64,000 bases of DNA from a virus. How positions within the stretch are numbered: the first letter of the stretch is position 1; each line of letters begins with the position of its first letter. Under the pieces are notes generated by a model. The model saw nothing but the letters and a program-made list of their open reading frames with translations, did no database searches and was not told where the DNA came from. The translations under genes and the position numbers were made by a program. The stretch is taken from positions 1 through 64,000 of the IMG/VR virus record IMGVR_UViG_3300024520_000057; one strand, given 5' to 3'. Of the stretch, positions 49,809 to 60,402 are shown one piece after another.

Positions 49809-52800
49809 AGGCAGGAATTTTGTAGAAGAATTATGGGTTGGAATCAGAGCTGACTTGTCTCATTTACAAGCTGGTTTGACCACTGCAAGTGCCCAAACAA
49901 AAACATTTGTTGGCAGACTGGGTGCAATGAGTGGACAATTAAGAAGAGTAGGGAAAGCTATTGGTTTGATTTCAACAGCCAGTGCAATAATGGGTGGAAT
50001 TGCTACAAAGGTGTTTGCTGATTTTGAACAAGGAATGGCAAATACAGCATCAGTTCTTGGCTCAACACAGGAAGAATTGGCTACTGTTTCTGATTTTGCA
50101 AGGGAAATGGGACGAACAACAGTTTTTACAGCAACACAGGCAGCAAATGCAATGTATTTTCTGGCGTCAGCAGGTTTTGATGCTCAAAAAATTATGGGTT
50201 CATTAAAAGGAACTTTGGCACTGGCAGCAGCAACCCAACATGATTTGGCTGAGACCACAAGGATTGTGGTTTCGGCTATGAATCAGTTCAATTTGACAGC
50301 TGAGGAATCTTCAAGAGTTGCCAATGCAATGTCAGCTATTATTTCCAGCACACAGGCTACAATGGACAGGCTTGGGGATTCATTGAAGTTCGTTGGACCA
50401 ATTGCAAGTGGTTTGAATATTTCATTGGAACAAACACTTGCTGTGTTAGGTAAACTGTTTAATGCTGGATTGCAAGCCAGCCAAGCAGGAACATCCCTCC
50501 GACAAGCTTTGATTAGGTTACAAAAACCAACAGCTCAATCAATAAAAGCAATTGGTGATTTGGGACTTACATGGGCAGATATAAATCCACAGACAAAGGA
50601 TTTGGTTCAAATAATTAGAACATTAGAGAAGGCTGAAGCAGGTGCAATTGATAAGGGTGATGAGTTGGCAAAAATATTTGGACAGAGAGCCATTGCTACA
50701 TTTCAAATTTTAATCAGGGAAGGTGCAGATGCAATTGAGGATTTGGAAGATAAAATCACTGGAACCAATAAAGCTTTTGAAATGGCTGAGATACAAATCA
50801 ATACACTCAGGGGCTCATTTAAGCTACTGTTGTCTGCATTACAGGAAGCAGCCATCCAAATTGGTGAGGTCATAGCTCCTATTGTAAGGGGGATGGCAGA
50901 TACATTCAGGGATGCAGTTCAAATTTTTAATACCATGCCAGCTATATTCAAGAAAGTTGCTGTGATGGCAGTGGTTCTTGCTACTGGATTAGGATTGGTG
51001 GTTGCACCAGTTATGCTGTTGCTTTCATTGATTCCAAGTATTGTAGCTGGATGGGGAACTTTGACTGCATTATTTGGAGCAACTCTTGGTCCAATTGCAT
51101 TGGTAACTGCTGGAATAATTGGTTTGGTAACAGCCATTGGTTTGATGATTTCAGCTGATAGAAGAGCAGCACAACAAAGGAAGGATAATATCAAGTCAAT
51201 TGATGAAATGATTACAAAGAGGGAACATGAAATTCTTAACATAAATGCAATGTCAAGCAGGTATGTAGAACTTGCAGACAGAGCAAAATTGACTAATAAA
51301 GAACAGAGGGAGATGGAAAAGATACTTGGTCAATTGAAGCTTAAATATCCTGATTTGATTAAGGACACTAAATTTTATGCTGGTGCACTTGATGATGTTA
51401 GGAGAATTGCAGATTCAACATCTAAAGAATTGCAGAAGCTTGCTGAAATGAAGTTGTCATTGGAAAAGGTGAAAATTACCTTGGATATGGCAGACTTGAA
51501 AGTTCAAGTTCAAAAACTTAAAGATGAGCTGAAGCCGTTGGAAAAGGATTCATTTAAATTGGGGGCAGAGGTTATATTGTCTTCAGTAACTGGTGGAGCT
51601 GTTAGGGTTGACAATACAGAACTTTTGGAAACCCTGTCTATTTTCGATGATATCAAGAGGGTGTCTGTAGAAACAATGACTGGAACCACTAAAATGAATA
51701 CAGCATTGTTGACAAATTCACTCAAAGAGAATATCAGTGAATTAGATACGATAAAAAGTATTACAGAAGATATAAGCAAATTGACAGATGGACAAATTAT
51801 TACATCCACTGAAATAGAAAAGATAAGGGCAGTTGCAACTGATGAGGAAAGATCTCTAACAAAGATTGAGAGTGGAAGAATCAAGACTTTGGAGGAACAA
51901 AAGAATACATACAGTGAGATTTCAAGTTCATTGGCTGGGTTGGTTAAGGATTCCACTGAATTGAATTCCAAGCAAATAGAACTTTTGGAAATAGGAAATA
52001 AGCTGAAGGCAATTGGGGACAGTGAGACAGTGCTCAAAAGGAAGGTTACAACTGAAGAAGATTTGGGAGAAGCAACAGGAGGACTTGCAAAAGAAGAAAT
52101 TGAGTTGGAACGACAGAAACAAGATTTTATGTTTCAACTTGAAAAGCAGGTATTGGAAGCAAGGTTGTCTGAAAAGAAGCTTTATGTTGATGAGAGCAGA
52201 AAATTTGCAGAGGAAGCAATAGATGCTGAGTTTGAATACAAGCAAAGAGTTTTGGAAATGGAGAAGGAAGTTGTATTAAGACAGGCTGAGGATTTGAAAG
52301 AAGACAAAGCAAAAGTTGAAAAAGCATTTAAGGCAGAATCTATTTCAATTGAGAAAGCAAGATTGGATGCACATGAAAATTTGAATAGACAATATTTTGA
52401 AAAACTGGAAAATTTTGAACTTGAGAAAATGAGAAGAGAGGCATTTAGGGATGAAGAAGAACTTGCTGAATATAAAGCTTATTTACAAGAAAAATTTGCT
52501 GCTGAGAAAGAGGGAACTGATAGATATCTTAAGCTTCTGAGATTGATAACAGAAGTGGAAGAATCTGAATGGGATGCAAGGATGGCAAAAGCACGATACT
52601 GGGGAGGAATGATGACAAGTCTTGCTACATCTGTTGGACAAGCTTTTGGAAATCAAATAGCAACTGGAATGACAAGTGCATGGAAGGGAAGTTTGATTGC
52701 TGTTATTAATATGCTTGCCAAACATTACAAAAATATTTTGGCAATGGGAATGATAAATGATTTGGCTCATTTGAATTTTGGGGCAGCAGCTATGAAAGCT

Positions 52801-54768
52801 GCTGCTATTGGTTTGATTTCAGCAGCAGCAAGTGCAGCAAAAGCAAATATAGCAAGTGCAGAAATTGGAGCTGAAGTTCAAGCAGGTGGTGTGGTCAGGG
52901 TTCATCCTGGAGAAACAATTGTCCCAGCAAAGGTGGTTAGGAAAACTGATGATGAGTATTCTGAAATATTTAAAGAATTTAAGGGAATAGATAGGGCAAA
53001 ATCAGTGATGGAAGATATTGTTAGTATGTCTTCTGTTGATAAGATGTTTGATGCCAAAAAAATGAGTGTAATTGTTGATAAAATAAAAGGTATGTCATCC
53101 AATTTAAAAACAGTTGGGATTGAAGATATCAAAACCACTGAAAAATATTCAGATATCAAACACAAAGAAAATTTCCGTGATGTTGAAAAGATGACTGGAA
53201 TCAGAGATGTTAAGACTGATTTTCAATCAAAAATTGAGGAAATTAATAAGACATATAAGGCTGATGAGAGGGATACAGAAATTAAGAAACTGGAAGCTGA
53301 TTATGTTACCAAAATTCATGAAATAAAAAGCAAAGATAAGATGTCAAAGTCTGATGATATTTTAAAGGATGTTCACAGAACAGTGGATGTTAAGCTTACA
53401 GATGCTGATAAATTGAGTGAAATTCTGAAAAGGTCTGAGAAGTTTACAGAAATATTGAAGAATGCTGAGAGCTTTTCAGATATAAAAAGCATTCTTAACA
53501 TTACAGACATTGGCACACTGGATACTGAGAAGATAGATATTAGCAGTGCTGTTGGAGTTGAAAAATCCTTTGAAAATATTAAGGATAAGATTTCCAGCAT
53601 AGATGTGTTTGAATCAACAGGATTGGAAAAATTTGTTACAGTTGCAGATTCCATAAGGGATGTGGAAAATATAGACATAATTTTCAAGGAAACTGGTTTG
53701 ACAAAAATAATGGATTCTGTAAGGCAGGTTGTTAGCCTGAAGGATAGCATTAAGGACGAATTACAAACAGCCTCTGTTGGTTTCTCATTGGGAGAATCCA
53801 CTTCTGTGTCTAATATACAAGAGTTGACAAGGGATATTTCTAATGTTATAGAAAAATTCAAAATAACTGATGAAACAAAGTCTGTTGTTGAGGGTGCAAA
53901 AAAGTCAGCTGATTCCATTTTAAACCTGACAAATGTCTCTGATAAAATGATGTGGACAAAATCAGTGCATGATATTTCTAAAGCTGCTTTTGAAAATATG
54001 AAAGGAACAGAAAATACTGATTTAAAATCTATTAAAAATACATTTGAAAAAATATCTATGGATTCATTTAGAACAGGAATTGTAGAATCATCTTTTAAGT
54101 TCGGAACAATTAAGACAATGGTGGACAGTATTGATAGAATTGTTGGTGGTGCACCAAAGTCAGTTGAAACTGAACTTATTAAGAAAAAATCATCGGAAAT
54201 TAGGAATATAATTGACCAGTCAAGCTTTTCCAATATATCAGAAAATGTCATTAGTTCGATTATTGGGAAATCCAGTGAGATAGTGAAAAGTATTTCCACA
54301 TCTCAAATCAACCAAGAAGATAAAAATGTTGTCAAGAAATTATCAGAAAATATAAACACTGTTGCAGTTGGGGAAAGTTCATTATCAAGAACAAATGTAG
54401 TTTCTGAATTTATTACAAAATCAATGTCCAATGTAAGCAATATTATGTCGTCTTTTAATCTTATTCCACAAGCAAATATTGGAGCAAGAATTGCCAAAGA
54501 GGGAATAGTAAATGTTCATCCTGGTGAGATAATTGTTCCAGCAAAAGTTGTTAGGGAAACTGAAAGTAGATACAAGGAAATTGTTGGTGGTGAAAAGAGT
54601 TCTGATAAGACTGTAACAAAAGAAATTGTGAGAGAATTGATTGAAGGTGGAATTGTAGATAAACAACCTATCAACATTTATAATCCAATGGTCAATGATC
54701 CAGAATTTTGGGAGAATATAGCTGAGGAATATATTATAAAGGCATTTGAAAGAGTGAAGAATAGATGA
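49801..54768 (+). CDS. tape measure protein (TP901-like)
   Basis: FADFEQGMAN, TVFTATQAANAM, GLQASQAGTSLR, hydrophobic mid segment, long helices, duplicated HPGE..VP motif. Confidence 0.92.
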   Translation: MPEGRNFVEELWVGIRADLSHLQAGLTTASAQTKTFVGRLGAMSGQLRRVGKAIGLISTASAIMGGIATKVFADFEQGMANTASVLGSTQEELATVSDFAREMGRTTVFTATQAANAMYFLASAGFDAQKIMGSLKGTLALAAATQHDLAETTRIVVSAMNQFNLTAEESSRVANAMSAIISSTQATMDRLGDSLKFVGPIASGLNISLEQTLAVLGKLFNAGLQASQAGTSLRQALIRLQKPTAQSIKAIGDLGLTWADINPQTKDLVQIIRTLEKAEAGAIDKGDELAKIFGQRAIATFQILIREGADAIEDLEDKITGTNKAFEMAEIQINTLRGSFKLLLSALQEAAIQIGEVIAPIVRGMADTFRDAVQIFNTMPAIFKKVAVMAVVLATGLGLVVAPVMLLLSLIPSIVAGWGTLTALFGATLGPIALVTAGIIGLVTAIGLMISADRRAAQQRKDNIKSIDEMITKREHEILNINAMSSRYVELADRAKLTNKEQREMEKILGQLKLKYPDLIKDTKFYAGALDDVRRIADSTSKELQKLAEMKLSLEKVKITLDMADLKVQVQKLKDELKPLEKDSFKLGAEVILSSVTGGAVRVDNTELLETLSIFDDIKRVSVETMTGTTKMNTALLTNSLKENISELDTIKSITEDISKLTDGQIITSTEIEKIRAVATDEERSLTKIESGRIKTLEEQKNTYSEISSSLAGLVKDSTELNSKQIELLEIGNKLKAIGDSETVLKRKVTTEEDLGEATGGLAKEEIELERQKQDFMFQLEKQVLEARLSEKKLYVDESRKFAEEAIDAEFEYKQRVLEMEKEVVLRQAEDLKEDKAKVEKAFKAESISIEKARLDAHENLNRQYFEKLENFELEKMRREAFRDEEELAEYKAYLQEKFAAEKEGTDRYLKLLRLITEVEESEWDARMAKARYWGGMMTSLATSVGQAFGNQIATGMTSAWKGSLIAVINMLAKHYKNILAMGMINDLAHLNFGAAAMKAAAIGLISAAASAAKANIASAEIGAEVQAGGVVRVHPGETIVPAKVVRKTDDEYSEIFKEFKGIDRAKSVMEDIVSMSSVDKMFDAKKMSVIVDKIKGMSSNLKTVGIEDIKTTEKYSDIKHKENFRDVEKMTGIRDVKTDFQSKIEEINKTYKADERDTEIKKLEADYVTKIHEIKSKDKMSKSDDILKDVHRTVDVKLTDADKLSEILKRSEKFTEILKNAESFSDIKSILNITDIGTLDTEKIDISSAVGVEKSFENIKDKISSIDVFESTGLEKFVTVADSIRDVENIDIIFKETGLTKIMDSVRQVVSLKDSIKDELQTASVGFSLGESTSVSNIQELTRDISNVIEKFKITDETKSVVEGAKKSADSILNLTNVSDKMMWTKSVHDISKAAFENMKGTENTDLKSIKNTFEKISMDSFRTGIVESSFKFGTIKTMVDSIDRIVGGAPKSVETELIKKKSSEIRNIIDQSSFSNISENVISSIIGKSSEIVKSISTSQINQEDKNVVKKLSENINTVAVGESSLSRTNVVSEFITKSMSNVSNIMSSFNLIPQANIGARIAKEGIVNVHPGEIIVPAKVVRETESRYKEIVGGEKSSDKTVTKEIVRELIEGGIVDKQPINIYNPMVNDPEFWENIAEEYIIKAFERVKNR

Positions 54769-57700
54769 TTACAGTAAATGCAACCACACAAGCTTTGCAA
54801 ACCAGTATGGGGCAAATTCCTGATGTATTGGAAATAGTCACTATTTTTGAACAATGGAGTGGAATTGTTAATAGTGTTACCAGTGTAACAAATTTCAAAG
54901 TCAAGGGAGATGCTACAAGTCTTTTGTCGGTTGGTGATTCAATCACCTCATACCTTACAGATTTTCCAACAGTGGATACAATAGCAACAATTAGCTACAG
55001 TGGTGGGAATGTGGAAACCACCATAACATTGGGCGGTTCAGGACTTACAAATATTGTTACAGGTGTGTATATACAAAAACAAACCAACATAACTTCCAAG
55101 CTAATTAGGAATGGAATTGGAAATGTAATACAGAAACTGTCTGGATTTGGATTGAATAAATTTGATTCAGGCAGTCTGGATATTACAGTTGATAATTCTG
55201 ATGGCTTTTTCTTTACATCAGCAGGGGCTGGGGTATTTGGAATTGGAAATGTAATTTATGCATCATACAGAATTGGATTCAGAGGGGCTGATGATAGAAT
55301 ACTGTATTTTGCTGGTGTAGTTGATACAACAGATCTTGGCATTGATATTGCAAATAAAGTGGTAAAATTTAGAATATATGGACACACAAAGGAATTGGAA
55401 AGATATCCAGCATTTAGATGTAGCAAGGCTAATAATTCAAGATTCAACAGGATATCAGGATTTACAATTATTGGATACACCGAATCAGCTGATAGTGAAG
55501 AAGGTATCAAGGGTGTTTATCTGAAACCATTTACAAGAACAAAATTATCTCAAGCTGTGGAGATTCAAAGTCTTTCATGGGACACACAGGCAGGTATTAA
55601 GAAATTGGAATTCAGATATCCAGATTTATTCAAGTGGAATGGTGGGGCATGGACAAGGGTGAATTTAAGTGATTTGGATGCAGATGGTAATTATGAAATG
55701 ACAGATATAAGTGGTGAGAAAGCTGTTATTAATTTTGGTAGCACAGATGACATGAATGAGATGCCAGATAGGGATGATGAAATGTTAGTTCATGTTAAGC
55801 CACAGGATGAATTGGGTGCACAGGAGATGGTTTCAAGTGTTGGAATTCCTGTTATGAGATTTGATAATGGGAATTGGCAGCCAATCAAAATAAATTTTCC
55901 ATTATGTCTGAAATTAGCAAGTGCTGTTTATACAGATGTATCTGCAGAATTTGGTTCTCCTAACTTGGAGGATAATGTTCAAATCTTGAATGCAAATAGT
56001 GATGAAATTCTTATTATTGCACCAGAAATATTCTATGGATTGATAGTAAGACTTACATCAACATTTTCAGCTGGTGATTTGTCGTTTTATTATTCAACTG
56101 GAGCAAACACATGGAGCTCAGAATTTACACCTGATACAGAAGGAACCAGTGATTTCACTGATGAAGAAGGCAGAATTATATGGGGAGAACTTGATGGATG
56201 GGAAGTGAATGATATAATCATAGATGCCAACACTCATTATAGAGGATTTATGATTAAAATCAAAAGGGATAGTGCTACAGGTAATTGTTATATGGGGGAA
56301 ATGAAAAGATTGGTGAGGCTGATTGGTGAATCAGGTGATATTTTAACAATGGAAGTGAATCAGGATGAAATTCCAGTTGTTGATGCTTTTGATGAAATAA
56401 TTATAGCCTATGATGATGTTGAAGAATCATGGGGATGGGCAATGTGGTATCAACAAGCATCCCTGAATACAATTCTTGAGAAAATGTTAGATTCGTCCTA
56501 TTATACAACAGCAAAAAGAAGTGTAACAGTGATGAAAAAGTCAACTGCAAGCAGTGTTTTTAATATATGGGGACACTCACCAGAAGTTAATCACAAGTTA
56601 CACTCAACAGCTGTTTATTATCACAGTTCCAGTGGATATTTGTATATGGGACTTGGTGGAAGTTATTGGTGTGAACTTTGGAGAACTAAATTGGATGGTG
56701 AATGGGAGTTCTTATCAAGAATTGAAAATGAATGGATGTCAAAAGGATCTGAATTTGAAATAGCAGACATTTATGTAACTGTTGATGTATGGTTTGTAGT
56801 TAGGGAGAGACATGGAGTTTATCATGATGGTGTCAAATTCAATTATTTCCTTTATTATTTTGATTTGACTGGGATGACATTGAATTTAAGTTCCACACCT
56901 TCCACATTTAGAGAATCATATTCAGGACAATTATCTATCAGGAATGGAGAAAGATATGAGGGTGATTCAGGAAATTGGTGGAGTAGCATTGGACAATTAG
57001 GCACATCTACACCACAATTTGGGAATCATGGTGAGAATGTTTGTATTCCATTTAGGCAATTATTAAATCCTGGAGTTGCAAACAATGCAAATCAGTTACA
57101 AAAAGCTGATAATTTAGATAGTGATTGTGATTTAACACACTATCTATTTAGATTTTATTTTGCTGTTTGGTTCACAGCAGATAGAACAGGATTGAGATAT
57201 TGGACACCAATGGGATATTATGCCATTTCCGATGTAGCTTTTGATGTTACAGAGGGAGCAGTTGGTGATTTGGAATTTGGATTTGATTATGGACAAAGAG
57301 GAAGCTATTTATTCAACCAAACAGAGCTGAATGGCTATACATTTCAAGAATTTACAGATGCTGGAAGTTTGACAGCTCACAGGTTTTATGGATTGGGTTC
57401 TACAAATCAAGCCAAATATGAAAAGATGATGTTGTATGGAAGTCAGAATATTCCTATTTGCAGTGCACTTCATGATAATGAAAATGATATATTTTTTGGG
57501 CATACCAGATGGGTAGATGTTGGTGATGATATTAGGAGCTATTCATATATCACCAAGTTTAAGGCAACTGGTGTAATTGATGCTTCTGCTGTAATGCACG
57601 ATAGCACAACAGGGGGATTTACAGAACAGACTGATAATTGGAATAATGATCCTACAAGTATGCCGAATATGAATGAGGTTGGTGACATAATATATATTGG

Positions 57701-59015
57701 GTTGGAATTCAAAAGATTCAGATCTGTTTATGTAGAGATGAATGGTGTGCATGGAACTTATGCATATGAATATTGGAATGGTTCCAGTTGGGTTACTCTT
57801 GAAGACATTCCAGCAAATAACATTCCTGATGATATAGTGTGTTGGAGCATACCAAATGATTGGGCACAGACTACTGTAAATGGAAGTGATCCACAATATT
57901 ACATAAGGATAAGGCAAACAGGTGCAGCAAATCAAGGATGGTCAGATGCATATATTCTTGAATACTGTTTATGGGATAGCGAGGAAGATACTGGTAATGA
58001 GGCAATGATGCCTGTCAACATGGCTTTTAATCCATATGATTCTAATTTATATGGCTGCATGTTCAATAGATTAACAACAGGAACATATCCATTCCAATGG
58101 AGCTTTTTTGCTTGTGATATGGGAGCCACTCCAGGATTTTCAGAAACAGTATATCATTCAAGAACAGGAACAAATTTTACATTTAATGCATCATTTCTGA
58201 TGAAAGATTTTCAATATAATGCAGATGATAATACAGTTTATTTTGTAATGGAAAATAGAAGATATGATGACAGAAGTTCATTTGTTGCTAAAGCTTCTGG
58301 CTCAGCATCATCTCCAACAATGACAAAAGTGGGAACACCCAGAGAAAATGAATGGGGACAACATTTTTTACACATAACAAGCACTGGAGTAATGTATGGG
58401 GCAACAAAGGAAAATAATGTGTTCTGGGAGTATAATGATGAGTTCTATCCAAGAGTTGATATAGCAAAATTTGATGAGAATTCTAATTACAAAAATATTC
58501 TTGAGAGTGTTGTGTTAATAATGAATTATTATATGTTTATCCATTCAGACAGAACAATAGATTTATTTGTAAGGGATACAGTGAATGGAACAATAGCATT
58601 GGATTGGTCAACCAATTTAATCAATACACCACCTGAATTTGAGTATTGGGAGCATAAGTATGATGGTATTGTGGTTGACTGGAAGGATCCAATTAGTGGA
58701 TTAAGTGGAAGCAAGAAAAGAGGATTTACAAATTGGCTGAAAAAAGTTCTCAATATTTCAGATACACTGATACAGTCAAGCCATTTAGCAGATCTAATTG
58801 CTGCAGACAATTATACCTATTTCAATCAATATAGAATCAAAGCCTCAAGAATCAGAACATTGTTTTTAACACAACTGGAATTAATTGATAAGTTTACAAT
58901 ATTTATTCCAGCTAATATTATGGATATAGATAACACAAAAGAATTTTTAATTGACCAAATAAGAATTAACAGAAGTCAAAAACAATTGGAATTAAGTGGA
59001 GTGGAAATCATATAA
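54765..59015 (+). CDS. large tail tip/baseplate hub-like protein
   Basis: 1416 aa, beta-rich, ATGA-coupled to the tape measure gene; repeated internal modules (GWEVNDI / DWAQTTVNG...YYIRIR). Confidence 0.7.
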   Translation: MITVNATTQALQTSMGQIPDVLEIVTIFEQWSGIVNSVTSVTNFKVKGDATSLLSVGDSITSYLTDFPTVDTIATISYSGGNVETTITLGGSGLTNIVTGVYIQKQTNITSKLIRNGIGNVIQKLSGFGLNKFDSGSLDITVDNSDGFFFTSAGAGVFGIGNVIYASYRIGFRGADDRILYFAGVVDTTDLGIDIANKVVKFRIYGHTKELERYPAFRCSKANNSRFNRISGFTIIGYTESADSEEGIKGVYLKPFTRTKLSQAVEIQSLSWDTQAGIKKLEFRYPDLFKWNGGAWTRVNLSDLDADGNYEMTDISGEKAVINFGSTDDMNEMPDRDDEMLVHVKPQDELGAQEMVSSVGIPVMRFDNGNWQPIKINFPLCLKLASAVYTDVSAEFGSPNLEDNVQILNANSDEILIIAPEIFYGLIVRLTSTFSAGDLSFYYSTGANTWSSEFTPDTEGTSDFTDEEGRIIWGELDGWEVNDIIIDANTHYRGFMIKIKRDSATGNCYMGEMKRLVRLIGESGDILTMEVNQDEIPVVDAFDEIIIAYDDVEESWGWAMWYQQASLNTILEKMLDSSYYTTAKRSVTVMKKSTASSVFNIWGHSPEVNHKLHSTAVYYHSSSGYLYMGLGGSYWCELWRTKLDGEWEFLSRIENEWMSKGSEFEIADIYVTVDVWFVVRERHGVYHDGVKFNYFLYYFDLTGMTLNLSSTPSTFRESYSGQLSIRNGERYEGDSGNWWSSIGQLGTSTPQFGNHGENVCIPFRQLLNPGVANNANQLQKADNLDSDCDLTHYLFRFYFAVWFTADRTGLRYWTPMGYYAISDVAFDVTEGAVGDLEFGFDYGQRGSYLFNQTELNGYTFQEFTDAGSLTAHRFYGLGSTNQAKYEKMMLYGSQNIPICSALHDNENDIFFGHTRWVDVGDDIRSYSYITKFKATGVIDASAVMHDSTTGGFTEQTDNWNNDPTSMPNMNEVGDIIYIGLEFKRFRSVYVEMNGVHGTYAYEYWNGSSWVTLEDIPANNIPDDIVCWSIPNDWAQTTVNGSDPQYYIRIRQTGAANQGWSDAYILEYCLWDSEEDTGNEAMMPVNMAFNPYDSNLYGCMFNRLTTGTYPFQWSFFACDMGATPGFSETVYHSRTGTNFTFNASFLMKDFQYNADDNTVYFVMENRRYDDRSSFVAKASGSASSPTMTKVGTPRENEWGQHFLHITSTGVMYGATKENNVFWEYNDEFYPRVDIAKFDENSNYKNILESVVLIMNYYMFIHSDRTIDLFVRDTVNGTIALDWSTNLINTPPEFEYWEHKYDGIVVDWKDPISGLSGSKKRGFTNWLKKVLNISDTLIQSSHLADLIAADNYTYFNQYRIKASRIRTLFLTQLELIDKFTIFIPANIMDIDNTKEFLIDQIRINRSQKQLELSGVEII

Positions 59016-59029
59016 CAAAGGAGCAAGCC

Positions 59030-59479
59030 ATGAAGTCATTAGTTTTATTTTTATTAATTGTGTTGGTGTCATTTTCATTTTCACAAGAGCCATATATGAG
59101 AACAAAGTTTGTGAATAGAGTAGATATAACAGGGAATGCAACTGATTCAATATATGTTTCACCAATGAATAGTGTTGAGAGAAGGAATATGGAATCAACT
59201 TTCACTGGTAGTTTGGGATTGATAATTAATTGTAGAGATTTAGGAGGAACAGCTGGGAGTGTTGCAATAAGTTATACACTGTCCACTTGGGATTCAGCAA
59301 GATCAGCAATAGATGTAGTTGCTCTTACTGCTGCACAGGCATGGACAGATAATGAAGTATTTGTCTTTGATATAAGCCAAAATTTTCCTGTCTGGGGTGT
59401 TTGGGTTTATTTTACAAGGTCTGGGGCAACTGGAATGGGAAGATTTAATGTGTGGCAAACATATGTAAAATATAGGTAA
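59030..59479 (+). CDS. small beta-rich protein with Sec signal peptide inside the tail module
   Basis: MKSLVLFLLIVLVSFSFS|QEPY; AAGGAG RBS. Confidence 0.7.
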   Translation: MKSLVLFLLIVLVSFSFSQEPYMRTKFVNRVDITGNATDSIYVSPMNSVERRNMESTFTGSLGLIINCRDLGGTAGSVAISYTLSTWDSARSAIDVVALTAAQAWTDNEVFVFDISQNFPVWGVWVYFTRSGATGMGRFNVWQTYVKYR

Positions 59480-59485
59480 TTTATC

Positions 59486-60388
59486 ATGTCTTCACATCCA
59501 TGGGAAAATGATGTTCTTGGTGGTGTTGGTGTTCCAAGAATATTGACTTGTAGTCAAAATAAATGCACCAATCCATACTTTGACCAAGACGAAACTGGTT
59601 GGACAGAAAGTGGTGGTTTAGCTGGTAGAGTTGCCAATGATGATGGTTGGAGTGGATATATGTATGAGGTGGATGAAGGTGAACAAGGTGATTATGTTCA
59701 ATTCAGTTGGAATACAGGAGCAGCAATAGCAGGAAGAACATTTGTTGCTGGTGTAAGAGTCAAAGGTAATTGGGCAAGCACAAATGAAGTAGCAATGAGT
59801 CTTAGAGGAACTGGAGAATTTGGGACAAAAGATATGGTGTTACAAGAGGACACTTTAAACAGGAATATTCTCATTGCAACATCAGGAGCAAGTCAGGGAA
59901 ATTCATTGGTATTAAGATTGTCTGGATTTAGTGATGCTGATACATCCCTTAAATATTGGTTTGATAATGTATTTATGTGTGAAGTATTTGGTGATTATTC
60001 TTTTACACAACCTAATGAGCTCAGTAGGTTAAGATTTCAAAAAATAGTCAGAGGAAACAATGAGATAATAAGTGGTCATATACAGGAATTTAACAAGTAT
60101 TGGAGACCACATTATTATGCCAGTTGGAAATATCTTGATGATGTAATAGAGGCATTTAGACAGGAAATTTCTGAAGAGGAGATATTATTTTGCATGCCTC
60201 ACACAGATGTAAATTGGGGATTTTTTGGAATATGGGATGGTGATTTTTTAAGACAATATTCCTTTAATAAATTTTTTGGACACAAGGGAATTGTAGCTAT
60301 AAAAGGAATAGAAATGTTAAAGGAAAAGCCACAATATTATACTGGTGAAGGAACGGTTTATATTGATAGTGAAGATATGATTTATTAA
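59486..60388 (+). CDS. tail protein with CBM-like jelly-roll (possible distal tail protein)
   Basis: NPYFDQDETGW...YWFDNVFM carbohydrate-binding-module-like pattern inserted in a tail-type protein. Confidence 0.55.
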   Translation: MSSHPWENDVLGGVGVPRILTCSQNKCTNPYFDQDETGWTESGGLAGRVANDDGWSGYMYEVDEGEQGDYVQFSWNTGAAIAGRTFVAGVRVKGNWASTNEVAMSLRGTGEFGTKDMVLQEDTLNRNILIATSGASQGNSLVLRLSGFSDADTSLKYWFDNVFMCEVFGDYSFTQPNELSRLRFQKIVRGNNEIISGHIQEFNKYWRPHYYASWKYLDDVIEAFRQEISEEEILFCMPHTDVNWGFFGIWDGDFLRQYSFNKFFGHKGIVAIKGIEMLKEKPQYYTGEGTVYIDSEDMIY

Positions 60389-60402
60389 GTTAGGAGAAAC
60401 CT

